Assembly (NCBI GenBank): GCA_963833125.1
Contig: CAWHWX010000028.1
Coordinates: 32,615-64,614, forward strand
Length of the DNA: 32,000 nt
Reading direction: 5' to 3'
DNA from: Candidatus Bathyarchaeota archaeon
Lineage (GTDB): Archaea > Thermoproteota > Bathyarchaeia > 40CM-2-53-6
Below, piece by piece: positions 19,476 to 28,620 of the stretch. The notes beneath the pieces are model-generated. The model did not search any database and was not told the DNA's origin. It was given only the letters and a program-made list of their open reading frames with translations. Each line of letters starts with the position of its first letter. Position 1 is the stretch's first letter. The position numbers and the translations under genes were made by a program.

Positions 19476-19790
19476 CTAATTTTCCCAAACCGTGTTGGCC
19501 TTCTTGGCGGTTAGGCGTTCTTTTTTCAGCATGCGGGCCGTGTCACCCAGGGGCACTACATTGACCTTGGGCGCCAGTTCCCACAACGGCCGTTCGCCCT
19601 GGGCCACGAGCGAGCTTGACCTCTCCATTACGTTTTGTGGTTCGCTCATTGCTTGTTGGGATGCATGAGCCGCATGGCTGGTAAATTCAATCACGACCGG
19701 TTCGTTGTTCAGCACTCCGCTGCCCACGGAACTCTGCGCCAGTGCCGCCGAAGTGACCAGAAAGCAGAACATAACTACAAGGGTCTTCAT
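19476..19790 (-). CDS. Small secreted hypothetical protein
   Basis: The likely start is the ATG at 19790 (MKTLVVMFCFLVTSAALAQ signal peptide), with GAAGGTG upstream. The track ORF extends to 19826. Confidence 0.6.
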   Translation of the reverse strand: MKTLVVMFCFLVTSAALAQSSVGSGVLNNEPVVIEFTSHAAHASQQAMSEPQNVMERSSSLVAQGERPLWELAPKVNVVPLGDTARMLKKERLTAKKANTVWEN

Positions 19791-20080
19791 AGTTTTCACC
19801 TTCCCAGAGAGGCAATGCGCGATCACTGACTCGTTCGCCAGCGTCGCTTACATAGCGAATGGAGCAATCCCAATACCAAAATCTGCGGGGTTAATTTCTT
19901 GGGTTGCAATCCTACTTGCGGGGAAAGACGCAAAGTTTTGCACAATTATGGCGGATGCTGTCTGACCTTCCGCTGTCAGCGAGGCGGTTGTTCCGCTTTT
20001 TCTGCTGCTTCAAGCGGAGGCTCACCGTTGCGTTGGAGAGACGAAATCTGGAACCATCCACTCGGGCGGATCCAACACTG

Positions 20081-20359
20081 TTAGTCGGTGCGCGGGCTTC
20101 GGGGTGCTCTGGCGGGCGCAGGCTGCGATTGCCGATCTTCCGGCTCGACCAGCCGGCCTGTCCTGGTCATAGTAGAGCAGTCAAATTCGTAGGCCGCTCC
20201 GCAAATCAGACACACCTGATAGTCCTGGCCGCGCAGGCCGGTATGCGGCCAGGAAAAACGATGCCGGCAACACATCTGCAAGAACCGTTTGAACAATTGC
20301 ACGGTCATGCTGGTCTCGGCCTTTGGCTCGGGTGATCGGAGTGGCACACTGGTCCCCAC
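20081..20359 (-). CDS. Small Cys-motif (zinc-ribbon-like) hypothetical protein
   Basis: It contains MCCRHRFSWPHTGLRGQDYQVCLICGAAYEFD (CC-x19-CxxC). An alternative start is ATG 20308 (MTVQLFKRF). The overlapping plus ORF 19904-20335 is judged spurious. Confidence 0.5.
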   Translation of the reverse strand: MGTSVPLRSPEPKAETSMTVQLFKRFLQMCCRHRFSWPHTGLRGQDYQVCLICGAAYEFDCSTMTRTGRLVEPEDRQSQPAPARAPRSPRTD

Positions 20360-20724
20360 ATGAATGCTCCTGTGATGAGAATGGACGGGATTGCTTAGAC
20401 GAGTTCAGCTTACTCTAAATTCGCGGAATCGCGAGCGCACATTGGTTCATATCAGGCGAGTGATTGGCCAGCATTCCGTCTGATTACCGTCCCTGAGTTC
20501 AGTCCGAAAGCGCCACTGGATATGGCTTTTGCCAAGTATTACCCTGTCCCGCGGGTCACAGGGTAACGTGCCGCAGACGCGCACCACCATGGCCAATCGA
20601 ACATTTCGTAGAGATACCACTGGGGTGAGGTTTTTTGGCGAAGACGCGGTAACGTATTCCAATACGAGACGCCAGCCCATTTTGGGTCTCGCACCGCATC
20701 CCGTCGCAAAAGAGGGCCAACCTT

Positions 20725-22173
20725 ATGCACACTGCAATTTCACCGGACACTCTACGGCGCAGCTCGAGGGTACCGCTCGCCCTCCCCATTCTGGTCACCA
20801 GCATGGCGCCCAATATCGACTTTTCCGAAGTTTGTGAAACCCTGGTCGTCAACGCGCATGGCTGTGCGGTGCGTTCGCCTGCGAAGCTGGAACCGGGGGT
20901 CCCCGTGTATTTTCACAGTATGGAAGGGAAGCAAACGACGGCTCATGTTGTGGACTGCGAACCTCTGGAATCAGATCACCAGAGCTGGAGAGTCGGGGCA
21001 CGGCTCGACCAGCCAGATAATTTTTGGGGAGTGAATCCGTGCCCGAAAGATTGGACGGCATTACCCGTCATGCCGGCGGCCAGCGACTCCCAGCTTTCAA
21101 CAAAATCCAGCAAGGATGTGAAGACTGCGCCTCGCTCGCAATCCTCCCTAAAGGTTGTCCCCCACCAGAGCCATCTCAGCGAGCAGCTTTCCGAAGAACG
21201 CCTGCGGACTTTGATTGCGGAGATGGTGCAGCCGCTGCATGCGGAAGTGACCACCCTGCGGGAACGTCTGGCGCGGCCCGAACCCAAACGCAGCCAGTTC
21301 GAGGTCTCCCTCTCTTACATTCCACCGGAGCTGGAAGAGAAACTCTGGCAGCGCTTGCGGCAGGATTTGGGCGCGCAAGTCCTGCAGCACGCCAGCCAGC
21401 AAGCAGAACAAGTGCTCGGAACCGCCAACGCAAACATCGAGCAGAAAATTGCTGGAGCACAAAACGAATTTCGGCAGCACCTAACCCAGGAACTGCAGTC
21501 TGTTGAGGCGAAGTCGCAACGGATTTCGGAAGAAATGGAAGACGGCATCCGTCAGCAATTCCATGCCGGCCTGGAGAAATTTCAGCAGCACGCCTCGCAG
21601 GCGGGAACTCATCTCGCTATGCGCAGTGAACAATTTTTCCAGAGTTTGCAGCAGCGGCTGGACGAGGAACATAGCGCGCGCCTGCGTGAAATCGGACAGG
21701 TTCAGGGCGCGATTACTGCGGAATCCGCGCGCCAGCAGGAGGCGGTCGGAGAGCTCGGCAGCCGGGTGGCTAAACTCGATGAATTTGCCCGCAGACTGGA
21801 ATCCGATCTGGACATGCGCCTGGCACAAATGTCGAGCGAGATTATTTCCCGCACCCGCACGCAGCTTGAAAACAATGTGGGAGCAATTCTCAAGCAGATG
21901 GAAACCCGCAATGCCGCCCAACTTGGCAGCCAGCTCGAAGCAGCCTGCGGGCACATGAAGATGATGCAGCAGGAGATCGAAACCTCGGTTTCTGAGTCGT
22001 TGCGGACACACGCCGAGGAAACGGTACGATCCTTCGAGCAGGCGATGGACGAATTGGCAGGGCACGCGGTGGGCCGCTGGCGGCGCGCTTTGGCTCGCGA
22101 CTTGGGCTCCGTGGCCAGAATTCTGGGCGACGAGGTGCGTCTCGAAGTGGTATCCGACGGTACCAACCGGTAG
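20725..22173 (+). CDS. PilZ-like N-terminal domain fused to a long (about 370 aa) Q/E/L/R-rich coiled-coil region
   Basis: The N-terminus has RRSSR (RxxxR) followed by ...ETLVVNAHGCAVRS..., which is PilZ-like. The remainder is amphipathic helical repeats resembling apolipoprotein-type helices. The ORF is uninterrupted. Confidence 0.6.
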   Translation: MHTAISPDTLRRSSRVPLALPILVTSMAPNIDFSEVCETLVVNAHGCAVRSPAKLEPGVPVYFHSMEGKQTTAHVVDCEPLESDHQSWRVGARLDQPDNFWGVNPCPKDWTALPVMPAASDSQLSTKSSKDVKTAPRSQSSLKVVPHQSHLSEQLSEERLRTLIAEMVQPLHAEVTTLRERLARPEPKRSQFEVSLSYIPPELEEKLWQRLRQDLGAQVLQHASQQAEQVLGTANANIEQKIAGAQNEFRQHLTQELQSVEAKSQRISEEMEDGIRQQFHAGLEKFQQHASQAGTHLAMRSEQFFQSLQQRLDEEHSARLREIGQVQGAITAESARQQEAVGELGSRVAKLDEFARRLESDLDMRLAQMSSEIISRTRTQLENNVGAILKQMETRNAAQLGSQLEAACGHMKMMQQEIETSVSESLRTHAEETVRSFEQAMDELAGHAVGRWRRALARDLGSVARILGDEVRLEVVSDGTNR

Positions 22174-22225
22174 CTGTCGGCGCCTCTCTTCGGTGAAGGG
22201 TGATCTCAATTATGCTTAGCGCATC

Positions 22226-22243
22226 GGTAGGATCGTTCCTACC
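22226..22243. terminator. Hairpin between convergent genes (possible bidirectional terminator)
   Basis: GGTAGGA-TCGT-TCCTACC forms a 7-bp stem with a 4-nt loop. It lies between the PilZ gene stop (22173) and the LacI stop (22255). There is no clear U-tract on either strand. Confidence 0.35.
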
Positions 22244-22254
22244 GTTGGATACGA

Positions 22255-23286
22255 TCACGCAGTGAGAGTGTGCGGGGTGCTTGTCCTTTTGGGCAGGCGG
22301 CAACTCGACTCTCGAACCATCAGCGTTGGTTCGATATAGATCGGCGCTTTGGGGGCAGGCTTTCCCGTCATTATTCCGATAAGGACGGACGCCGCAGCCT
22401 TTCCAATCTCGATAGAATGCGTATCCACAGTGCTCAAGGGAACACGTAAGTCCTCGCCATAGCGTACGCTGCCCACCCCGATGATGCCGAGGTCGTGGGG
22501 TACCCGCAATCCCTGTTCCTGGATCGCTCGCATTGCACCAATTGCTACCGGGTCGCTGGCGGCGAATATTGCATCGGGCCGAGGGCGCAATTGTAGGAGT
22601 TGTCTTGTCGCCTCATATCCTCCAGCCTCTCCCAGTGCGTCCACGACGAAATTACGGCGAACACGCATACCCGCCTCCCGCAGCGCCCGCACATATCCCT
22701 GATAGCGGCCTAGCCCGGTGGGCACGATGCGCCTGCACAAATGCGCGATTTCGCGGTACCCTTGTGCGACCAAGTGTTTCGTTGCCATGAACCCAATACG
22801 TTCATCGTCCGCACCCACGAATGGCGACGACTGATAGAAGCGGTCAAACAACACAAAGGGCACGCCGGATGCTTCCATAATTTTCTTGACCGCATTTTTA
22901 CCCGGGGGATGGGCGGAGGCGATGATCAGTCCATCCACCTGCCTGTCCACGAGCGTCGTAATCTCCTCATCTTCCTGTGCCGGAACGTCATCCGTATAAG
23001 CGATTGCAAGATGATACCCCGCGTTTCGCGCAACCAGGTTGATCCCTTCCAAGACGCTGGGGTAGAAAGAACGAGACAGGTTGGGAACCACGACCCCTAT
23101 GACATGAGATTCTTGCAGGGCCAAACTGCGCGCCAGCCGGTTGGGGCGATAATTCAGTTCCTTAACCTTTTTTAGAACGCGTTTTCGGGTCGCCTCGTTA
23201 AAATCTTCACGATTTTGGAGGATAGCGCTCACCGTGGAGATGGACAAATTCAGAGCCTGCGCCACATCTTTGAGTCGAACTGGCAT
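22255..23286 (-). CDS. LacI-family transcriptional regulator
   Basis: It has the HTH VRLKDVAQALNLSISTVSAILQN....ATRKRVLKKVKELNYRPNRLARSL followed by a periplasmic-binding-protein-like sugar-binding core. Confidence 0.92.
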   Translation of the reverse strand: MPVRLKDVAQALNLSISTVSAILQNREDFNEATRKRVLKKVKELNYRPNRLARSLALQESHVIGVVVPNLSRSFYPSVLEGINLVARNAGYHLAIAYTDDVPAQEDEEITTLVDRQVDGLIIASAHPPGKNAVKKIMEASGVPFVLFDRFYQSSPFVGADDERIGFMATKHLVAQGYREIAHLCRRIVPTGLGRYQGYVRALREAGMRVRRNFVVDALGEAGGYEATRQLLQLRPRPDAIFAASDPVAIGAMRAIQEQGLRVPHDLGIIGVGSVRYGEDLRVPLSTVDTHSIEIGKAAASVLIGIMTGKPAPKAPIYIEPTLMVRESSCRLPKRTSTPHTLTA

Positions 23287-23359
23287 GGCGGCGGACGCAC
23301 TCCTTTTGAACCGCGTTCATCTGGATCCAGTCATCAAATCGGAAGGCGAACTATTGTAA

Positions 23360-24378
23360 ATGACGAACAGATTCAGACGCTTCGTCGCCATCGGAGTCTG
23401 GTCAATTTGCGTTGAACTATGTTCAGTGTTCCGTGGTCAGAGAGTCTGGGCCGGGCGGCCAGCGCGTATGGCAATACGGCGGCTTGAATCGCGGACAATC
23501 AACCGGGGCTCTAGAAAAACAGGTCCTGGTGGCCAACCTTCAGCGGCACCGTGGCCCAAGCCTTGCGTCCGTTCCCGCAGTACACAGGTATTGGCCAGCC
23601 CATGCAAACCTCCGGTTGGTCCCATTACAATGCCCTGCAAATGAAAGCACAGCGGCAGTTTAGCAATGGATTCTCGCTCTTTGTCACCTACACGTATGCC
23701 AGCCTCCTGACGACCTCCGAGTCACAGCACCAATACCTCGATGCGACCGGTGGTTCACAAAACAGTTATAACTACTCTGGGGAAGAGACGCCGTCTGCTT
23801 CTCTTCCTCCACAAGTGCTGAATGTCGCGTACGTTTATGAACTGCCTTTCGGTCGCGGCAAGAAATTCGGTCCTCACTCCGGTGCCGCAAACGCAGTATT
23901 CGGAGGCTGGAGGGTTTCAGCTATTCAGCGCTACCAGTCGGGAACACCGATTGCAATAGGCCTCGGCGAAACTCCAACGCAACCAGGTCCATTGTTCAAC
24001 AACGCATTTCGTCCCGATTTCACTGGTTTACCGATCAAGGCGCAGTGGGTAGGGAAGTTTAATCCATATACTGATGTTTATTTGAACCCAGCCGCATTTT
24101 CTATCCCCGCTCCCTTTACCTTAGGGAACGTTCCTCGCACCCTGGGAAGTGTCAGAACATTCGCCTGGTACAACGAAGATGTCAGTTTGGCCAAGGAGTT
24201 CAAAATTGGGGAGCGCTTTAACTTTACCCTCCAGGGTAGCGCCTTCAATATTTTCAACCGAACTCTCTTTGGCGGTCCGGACGGGGGCAACCCAGGCACC
24301 AATTCTGACTACGGGCATATTAATAGTCAGGCCAACTCCGCGCGTGTACTGCAAATTTCAGGTGACTTGAAGTTTTAA
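23360..24378 (+). pseudogene. Oar-like TonB-dependent receptor with a large internal deletion (signal peptide plus last ~285 codons)
   Basis: ATG 23360 encodes a signal-peptide-like MTNRFRRFVAIGVWSICVELCSVFRGQ. From 23515, in a different frame, only the C-terminal barrel end is present: LRPFPQYTGI...YNALQMKAQRQFSNGFS...GNVPRTLGSVRTF...FNFTLQGSAFNIFNRTLF...LQISGDLKF. As I remember them, full-length members exceed 1000 aa. Confidence 0.7.
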
Positions 24379-24408
24379 GATTCTCTGAGGCGGAGTAAAA
24401 GAAACGAG

Positions 24409-24442
24409 AGCCGGCGTGCCACTCACGCCGGCTTGCTTTATT
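24409..24442 (+). terminator. Rho-independent-type terminator after the receptor remnant
   Basis: AGCCGGCGTG-CCACT-CACGCCGGCT is a perfect 10-bp stem (24409-24418 and 24424-24433). It is followed by TGCTTTATTCC. Confidence 0.6.
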
Positions 24443-24666
24443 CCTTGGAAAGTAATTCTCTGGACGGTGTAAACAATCTGGCCTGCTGCTGATGGGCGAT
24501 GGTATCTCTTGCGCACCTGCCGTGAAAAAGTGCTTTATTAGGGGTGATTGCGCAAAGCCTGATGTCGATCAACCGCTTGCCACAAGGCCACGTGGTAAAA
24601 TTCTTACTAGCCCGAATGGCCGTACGCTGGGAACCCCTTCTGCCGCCAACGGTGAAAACACAATGC

Positions 24667-24743
24667 AGGCGCGTAGCTCAGTTGGTTAGAGCGCTACCTT
24701 GACACGGTAGAGGTCGCTGGTTCGAGTCCAGTCGTGCCTACCA
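24667..24743 (+). tRNA. tRNA-Val (anticodon GAC), CCA encoded
   Basis: AGGCGCGTAGCTCAGTTGGTTAGAGCGCTACCTTGACACGGTAGAGGTCGCTGGTTCGAGTCCAGTCGTGCCTACCA (77 nt). The cloverleaf folds by hand, with anticodon loop TTGACAC. Confidence 0.95.
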
Positions 24744-24959
24744 TTTATCCTATCAATCCGCCGCGAGCCGCGCGGTCTCTTCGGGTTTTCGTTTTAGAGG
24801 CCATTTTTTGATCTTAAAGTATGGTTTGCCGTGCCGAAGTCCAAGCTCGATAATCTGTAACTCCCCGCTTAGCCCCGGTAGACTTATGGACAACTAATGA
24901 AAAAGGCAATTCATTTGTGCAATACTAACAAGCGACATCATCTTCAATAGGGTAGGCAT

Positions 24960-26117
24960 ATTCAAACGACCGATAAACCGCTAACGAACTTTCTCGTCCT
25001 CGACTTCAGCCAATTCCTTTCTGGATCACTGGCGACGTTACGCCTTGCCGACCTAGGGGCTCGTGTCATCAAGATTGAACGGCCAGGGAAGGGAGATCTT
25101 GGCAGGTCTTTATATATAAGCGGTAGCGCTGCGCACGGAGAGAACACGCTCTTTCAAGCGATCAACCGCAACAAAGAAAGTTATGCCGCCGATCTGAAAA
25201 ACCCGCAGGACATGGATAGGTTGCAAAAGCTGATCGCGCGGGCCGATGTCATGGTGCAGAATTTTCGGCCGGGAGTGATGGAACGTCTCGGACTTGGCCA
25301 TGAGCGTGTGTCCGGGCTCAATCCCAAGTTGGTTTATGCTGCCGTTACCGGCTACGGGACGGCGGAGGCATGGCGGGACCGCCCGGGACAGGATCTGCTA
25401 GCGCAGGCTCGCTCGGGAATCATGTGGCTGAGCGGGAATGAAGGCGACCCGCCGACTCCCATGGCGCTGGCTGCTGCCGATATGCTCGCAGGTCACAATC
25501 TTTGCGAGGGCATTCTGGCGTGTTTGGTGCGCCGCGGTATCACGGGGCGCGGCGGGCTGGTCGAGACCAGCTTGATCGAGTCAATACTGGATTTTCAATT
25601 TGAGGTTCTCACCGTTCATTTGAACGATGGCCGCAAGCTTCCACGGCGCGCAGCCTTTCGCAATGCCCACGCGTATCTAGCCGCTCCCTACGGCGTTTAC
25701 GATACTGCGGATGGGCACCTCGCGCTTGCTATGAATCATCTGCCCACCTTGGCGGAGTTGCTCGGGCTACCCAAACTCGCTAAGTTTAGCGACTCAGCCG
25801 CTTTTCAAAATCGGGATGAGATCAAGAATGTTATCGCGGCTCGCCTGCGGGAGCACACGACCCAACACTGGCTCAAAATACTGGATGCCGCCGACATGTG
25901 GTGTGCGGAGGTGTTGGACTGGCCCTCTCTCCTCGAGAGCGAAGCCATGCGACAACTCAAAATGGTGCAACAACTCAGTGGCAGCGAGGGCGATTGCGAC
26001 GGAATTCTCACGACCCGTTGTCCGGTTCGCCTCGATGGCGAGATGCTGACGAGTAATCGTTTCGCACCCAAGGTTGGCGAACATACCGGAAAAATTCAAC
26101 AGGAATTTGGGATTTAG
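24960..26117 (+). CDS. Family III CoA-transferase (CaiB/BaiF type); no canonical start codon
   Basis: The conserved N-terminus KPLTNFLVLDFSQFLSGSLATLRLADLGARVIKIERPGKGD is in frame with the track ORF (25212-26117) and begins 8 codons after the stop at 24948-24950. There is no ATG, GTG or TTG before 25212. ATT at 24960 is the only plausible start. Confidence 0.8.
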   Translation: MQTTDKPLTNFLVLDFSQFLSGSLATLRLADLGARVIKIERPGKGDLGRSLYISGSAAHGENTLFQAINRNKESYAADLKNPQDMDRLQKLIARADVMVQNFRPGVMERLGLGHERVSGLNPKLVYAAVTGYGTAEAWRDRPGQDLLAQARSGIMWLSGNEGDPPTPMALAAADMLAGHNLCEGILACLVRRGITGRGGLVETSLIESILDFQFEVLTVHLNDGRKLPRRAAFRNAHAYLAAPYGVYDTADGHLALAMNHLPTLAELLGLPKLAKFSDSAAFQNRDEIKNVIAARLREHTTQHWLKILDAADMWCAEVLDWPSLLESEAMRQLKMVQQLSGSEGDCDGILTTRCPVRLDGEMLTSNRFAPKVGEHTGKIQQEFGI

Positions 26118-26171
26118 ATATTGGTTTCCGTCGCCACTTCTAATTGGAGCGGGGTCAGCGGTTTCTCCGTT

Positions 26172-26975
26172 TTACACGGCAAAAAGAACTTTGCCGCCAA
26201 TGACCGATGAGAGTTCGGTGCTTGCCATTCGCAATGCTTCCTTTACTTGGGCTGGGCCAATCGAGTTATCCACCCATGGCAACAAGGGAACCGTCATGGC
26301 TGCGATTGCTTCGCCATGTTGATCGAGAACCGGGAACCCGATGTCAATAATTCCCTGTATCTGGTGGCTGGCCAGTTCTTCATTTCCCAACCGCCGAATG
26401 CGTGCCAGATGTTCTTGCAGATCCCGGGGAATTTTCTTGCCCGATTGACTCTGCCAGATGGCCAGCGAACGGGCGCAGGCTTCCTCGCTTTGAAACGCAA
26501 GGATCGTATGACCCGAGGTTGTATTGAGTAGATCGATTCTGGCGCCCAAGCGTACAGAAAACCCCATGGGGCCTGGCGGATCGGCCTTGGCGACGACGAC
26601 TACTTCGCCATTGCTGAGCATGGCAAGATGGCACGACTGGCGGGTCTTGTCGGCTACGCGTTCCAGCAGGGGACGCGCCTCCGAAACCAGGCGGTGCAAC
26701 GGGGCGTGGCGCTGCGCCACTTCAAACAGCTTGAGCGTCAGAAAATAGCGGTCATCCGGCGGAATCTGGCAAATATACCCGCGTTGTTCGAGACGAACCA
26801 GCATGCGAAAAATCTCGCCCACGGTTCGGCCCAGACGGCGCGCGAGTTCACTGGCGGTTAATCCGTCCGATTCGGAGGCGAATAGTTCCAGAATATCGAG
26901 GCCTTTGTCGAGGGCAGGCGCTGCGTAACGCTTCTTTGGGGGCTTGCGCGATTGGCGTTCCGGTAGATTGCGCAT
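26172..26975 (-). CDS. IclR-family transcriptional regulator
   Basis: It has a winged HTH (ALDKGLDILELFASESDGLTASELARRLGRTVGEIFRMLVRLEQRGYI) followed by an IclR effector domain. It is convergent with the CoA-transferase gene. Confidence 0.9.
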   Translation of the reverse strand: MRNLPERQSRKPPKKRYAAPALDKGLDILELFASESDGLTASELARRLGRTVGEIFRMLVRLEQRGYICQIPPDDRYFLTLKLFEVAQRHAPLHRLVSEARPLLERVADKTRQSCHLAMLSNGEVVVVAKADPPGPMGFSVRLGARIDLLNTTSGHTILAFQSEEACARSLAIWQSQSGKKIPRDLQEHLARIRRLGNEELASHQIQGIIDIGFPVLDQHGEAIAAMTVPLLPWVDNSIGPAQVKEALRMASTELSSVIGGKVLFAV

Positions 26976-26990
26976 AGGCGAACCAGCCTA

Positions 26991-27538
26991 CTACAACTTT
27001 GCACTGATGAAAATCGCCTGGCGCTTGGAAGATCTCGCCGATCCTGGAATCTCACCAAGGCCCATGCCATTCGTGGACAAGTTCCCAATCGTTTTGGACT
27101 GAGAATTGAGATTCGCACATAAAATGCTGGGGCTGACTGGATATCCATCGGGATGCACCATGTCGGATACGCGAACATAGCTTGCACTCATGTACCGGTT
27201 GATCAGGGACGTCACATAACCAGCACCAAACCCATTATCAATATTCTCTACGGTCACATTCGACGCGCAGGAGTTTATCATGCCCAGGAGGGCTGCGAGT
27301 CCGTTGAACGCAGCACCGTAGCCGATGCTTGTGGGCACCGCGGTGGCTGGCACGCCGACCAAGCCGCCGACCACGCTGGGCAGCGCGCCCTCCATGCCCG
27401 CGCAGACAAGCCGAGATCTTCAAAGGGGAGATGCCGCAGCCGCTCTACGGCCTCGTCAAGCGAAAGCCTGCCACCGCGAACTTGCTCAAGCAATTTGCGA
27501 ACGAATTGTGCGCTGGGTTGGGACTTCCGGAATGTCAA
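26991..27538 (-). pseudogene. larB-like (nickel-pincer cofactor / AIR-carboxylase family) gene with an internal deletion
   Basis: The N-terminal piece reads [31 protein letters not shown] (27538 down to about 27400). It abuts, out of frame, the C-terminal piece [60 protein letters not shown] (27395 downward). The roughly 150-codon central domain expected between them is missing, and the tail after LINR is unrelated read-through. Confidence 0.6.
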
Positions 27539-27662
27539 GCGATGCGACCGCCTGGATAACGCGCAAATACTTCAGGATCGTATAAGGGAATATTTTGAAG
27601 TCGCCCTTGGAAAGCGGGTGATTAGATTCCCCCTCCCGGCACCAGCAGTTTCTAACTGAGTG

Positions 27663-28130
27663 TTACTGAAAGTGTTGTTTCTTCTGGTTCCCGTTCTCGT
27701 CTAGCCCTTGCGCCAGCCACGCTTGCTTCTGCACTTCGTCCAGACGGTCTTCTGCTTCCTTAATCCAATGCTCGTATGTCTTTCGGATTTCCCTCTCTGA
27801 CGTGCCGACCCACTTGCTCACGTGCGCCACTGACACGCCTTGCGCCAACCACTCGCTGATGCGGAAGTGACGGAAGCCGTGCGGTGTCATCTTCACACCA
27901 GCTTCACGGAAGACTTTGTAGAGTCGTTCACGCCATTCGCGATATGTACCTGGGAACGCGGGGGAACCCAGAGCCTCAAGCTGCTTTGCCAACGAGGACG
28001 AGATTCGAACACGGAACCGCTCGCGCGTCTTATGGCGGTTGTTGCGGATCAATGTCCCGTCTTCCAGAGTCGCCGGAGGGAATTGCTCAGCATTACATCG
28101 GTGCCTCGATTTCTCTCGTGGGCGTGACCC
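27663..28130 (-). pseudogene. Tyrosine recombinase (phage-type integrase) C-terminal catalytic fragment
   Basis: It reads ...ATLEDGTLIRNNRHKTRERFRVRISSSLAKQLE...MTPHGFRHFRISEWL..GVSVAHVSKWVGTSEREIRKTYEHW, which contains the HxxR box and the catalytic Tyr region. The frame is closed upstream by TGA (complement of 28131-28133). The N-terminal SAM-like domain is absent, though a possible degenerate continuation lies in ORF 28139-28339. Confidence 0.75.
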
Positions 28131-28620
28131 TCACCCCGTCACTCCCCTAGCTGCCTGAAAAAACCGAGGTTTCGTGGACTAAGGTTTCGTAAACCGACAC
28201 CCACGGACATGTGCCAGAATCCCCGGTCCAGCACTTGCGCCTCGCACTCAAAAGACGTCACATAATTCGCCACGAATCCCTTGTCGACGCTGTCCCGGAA
28301 TCTACAGTTCTTGAACCATGTTCTCATGCTAGAAAGCAAGGACTATTTGATAGTCAGGCGGTGACCCTGTGCCGCGAAAGACGGTGATCCACAGCGGGAT
28401 GAAAGACCCGCTCGGGAACTGGATCGCTCCACCGGGTAACAAACGCGCGGCGTTCTAAATGTCGGCCACAATGCACTCCTCGTGATTGCGAGTAGACTGT
28501 TGGTAAATCCCAACGGGTCGTCGAGAACTCGCTCCGAGTTCACACGGCGACACGAGAATTGTGGCTAACATCTGGTCTCTCGGAGTGCGGGGTATGGCGG
28601 AGTGGATCGGGGGAAAAAGC

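Noticed and set aside
20360-20724. Possible c-di-GMP riboswitch or other structured leader upstream of the PilZ gene
   Set aside because: I could not match GEMM-I or GEMM-II conserved cores by eye; only a generic hairpin is present. A covariance-model scan (Rfam/cmsearch) would be needed.
21481-22209. Long antisense and alternate-frame ORFs (242, 154, 151, 160 and 110 aa) overlapping the PilZ/coiled-coil gene
   Set aside because: A Q/E/L/R-rich coiled-coil coding sequence with GC-rich codons is depleted of stops in other frames. The alternate translations are Arg/Ala/Pro-rich, low-complexity and without motifs.
23307-23319. TGAAC-CGC-GTTCA palindrome 21 nt upstream of the LacI start as an autoregulatory operator
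   Set aside because: The arms are only 5 bp around an odd 3-nt centre. That is roughly a one-in-five chance occurrence in a 230-bp region, and it does not fit the usual even-length CG-centred LacI-family operator.
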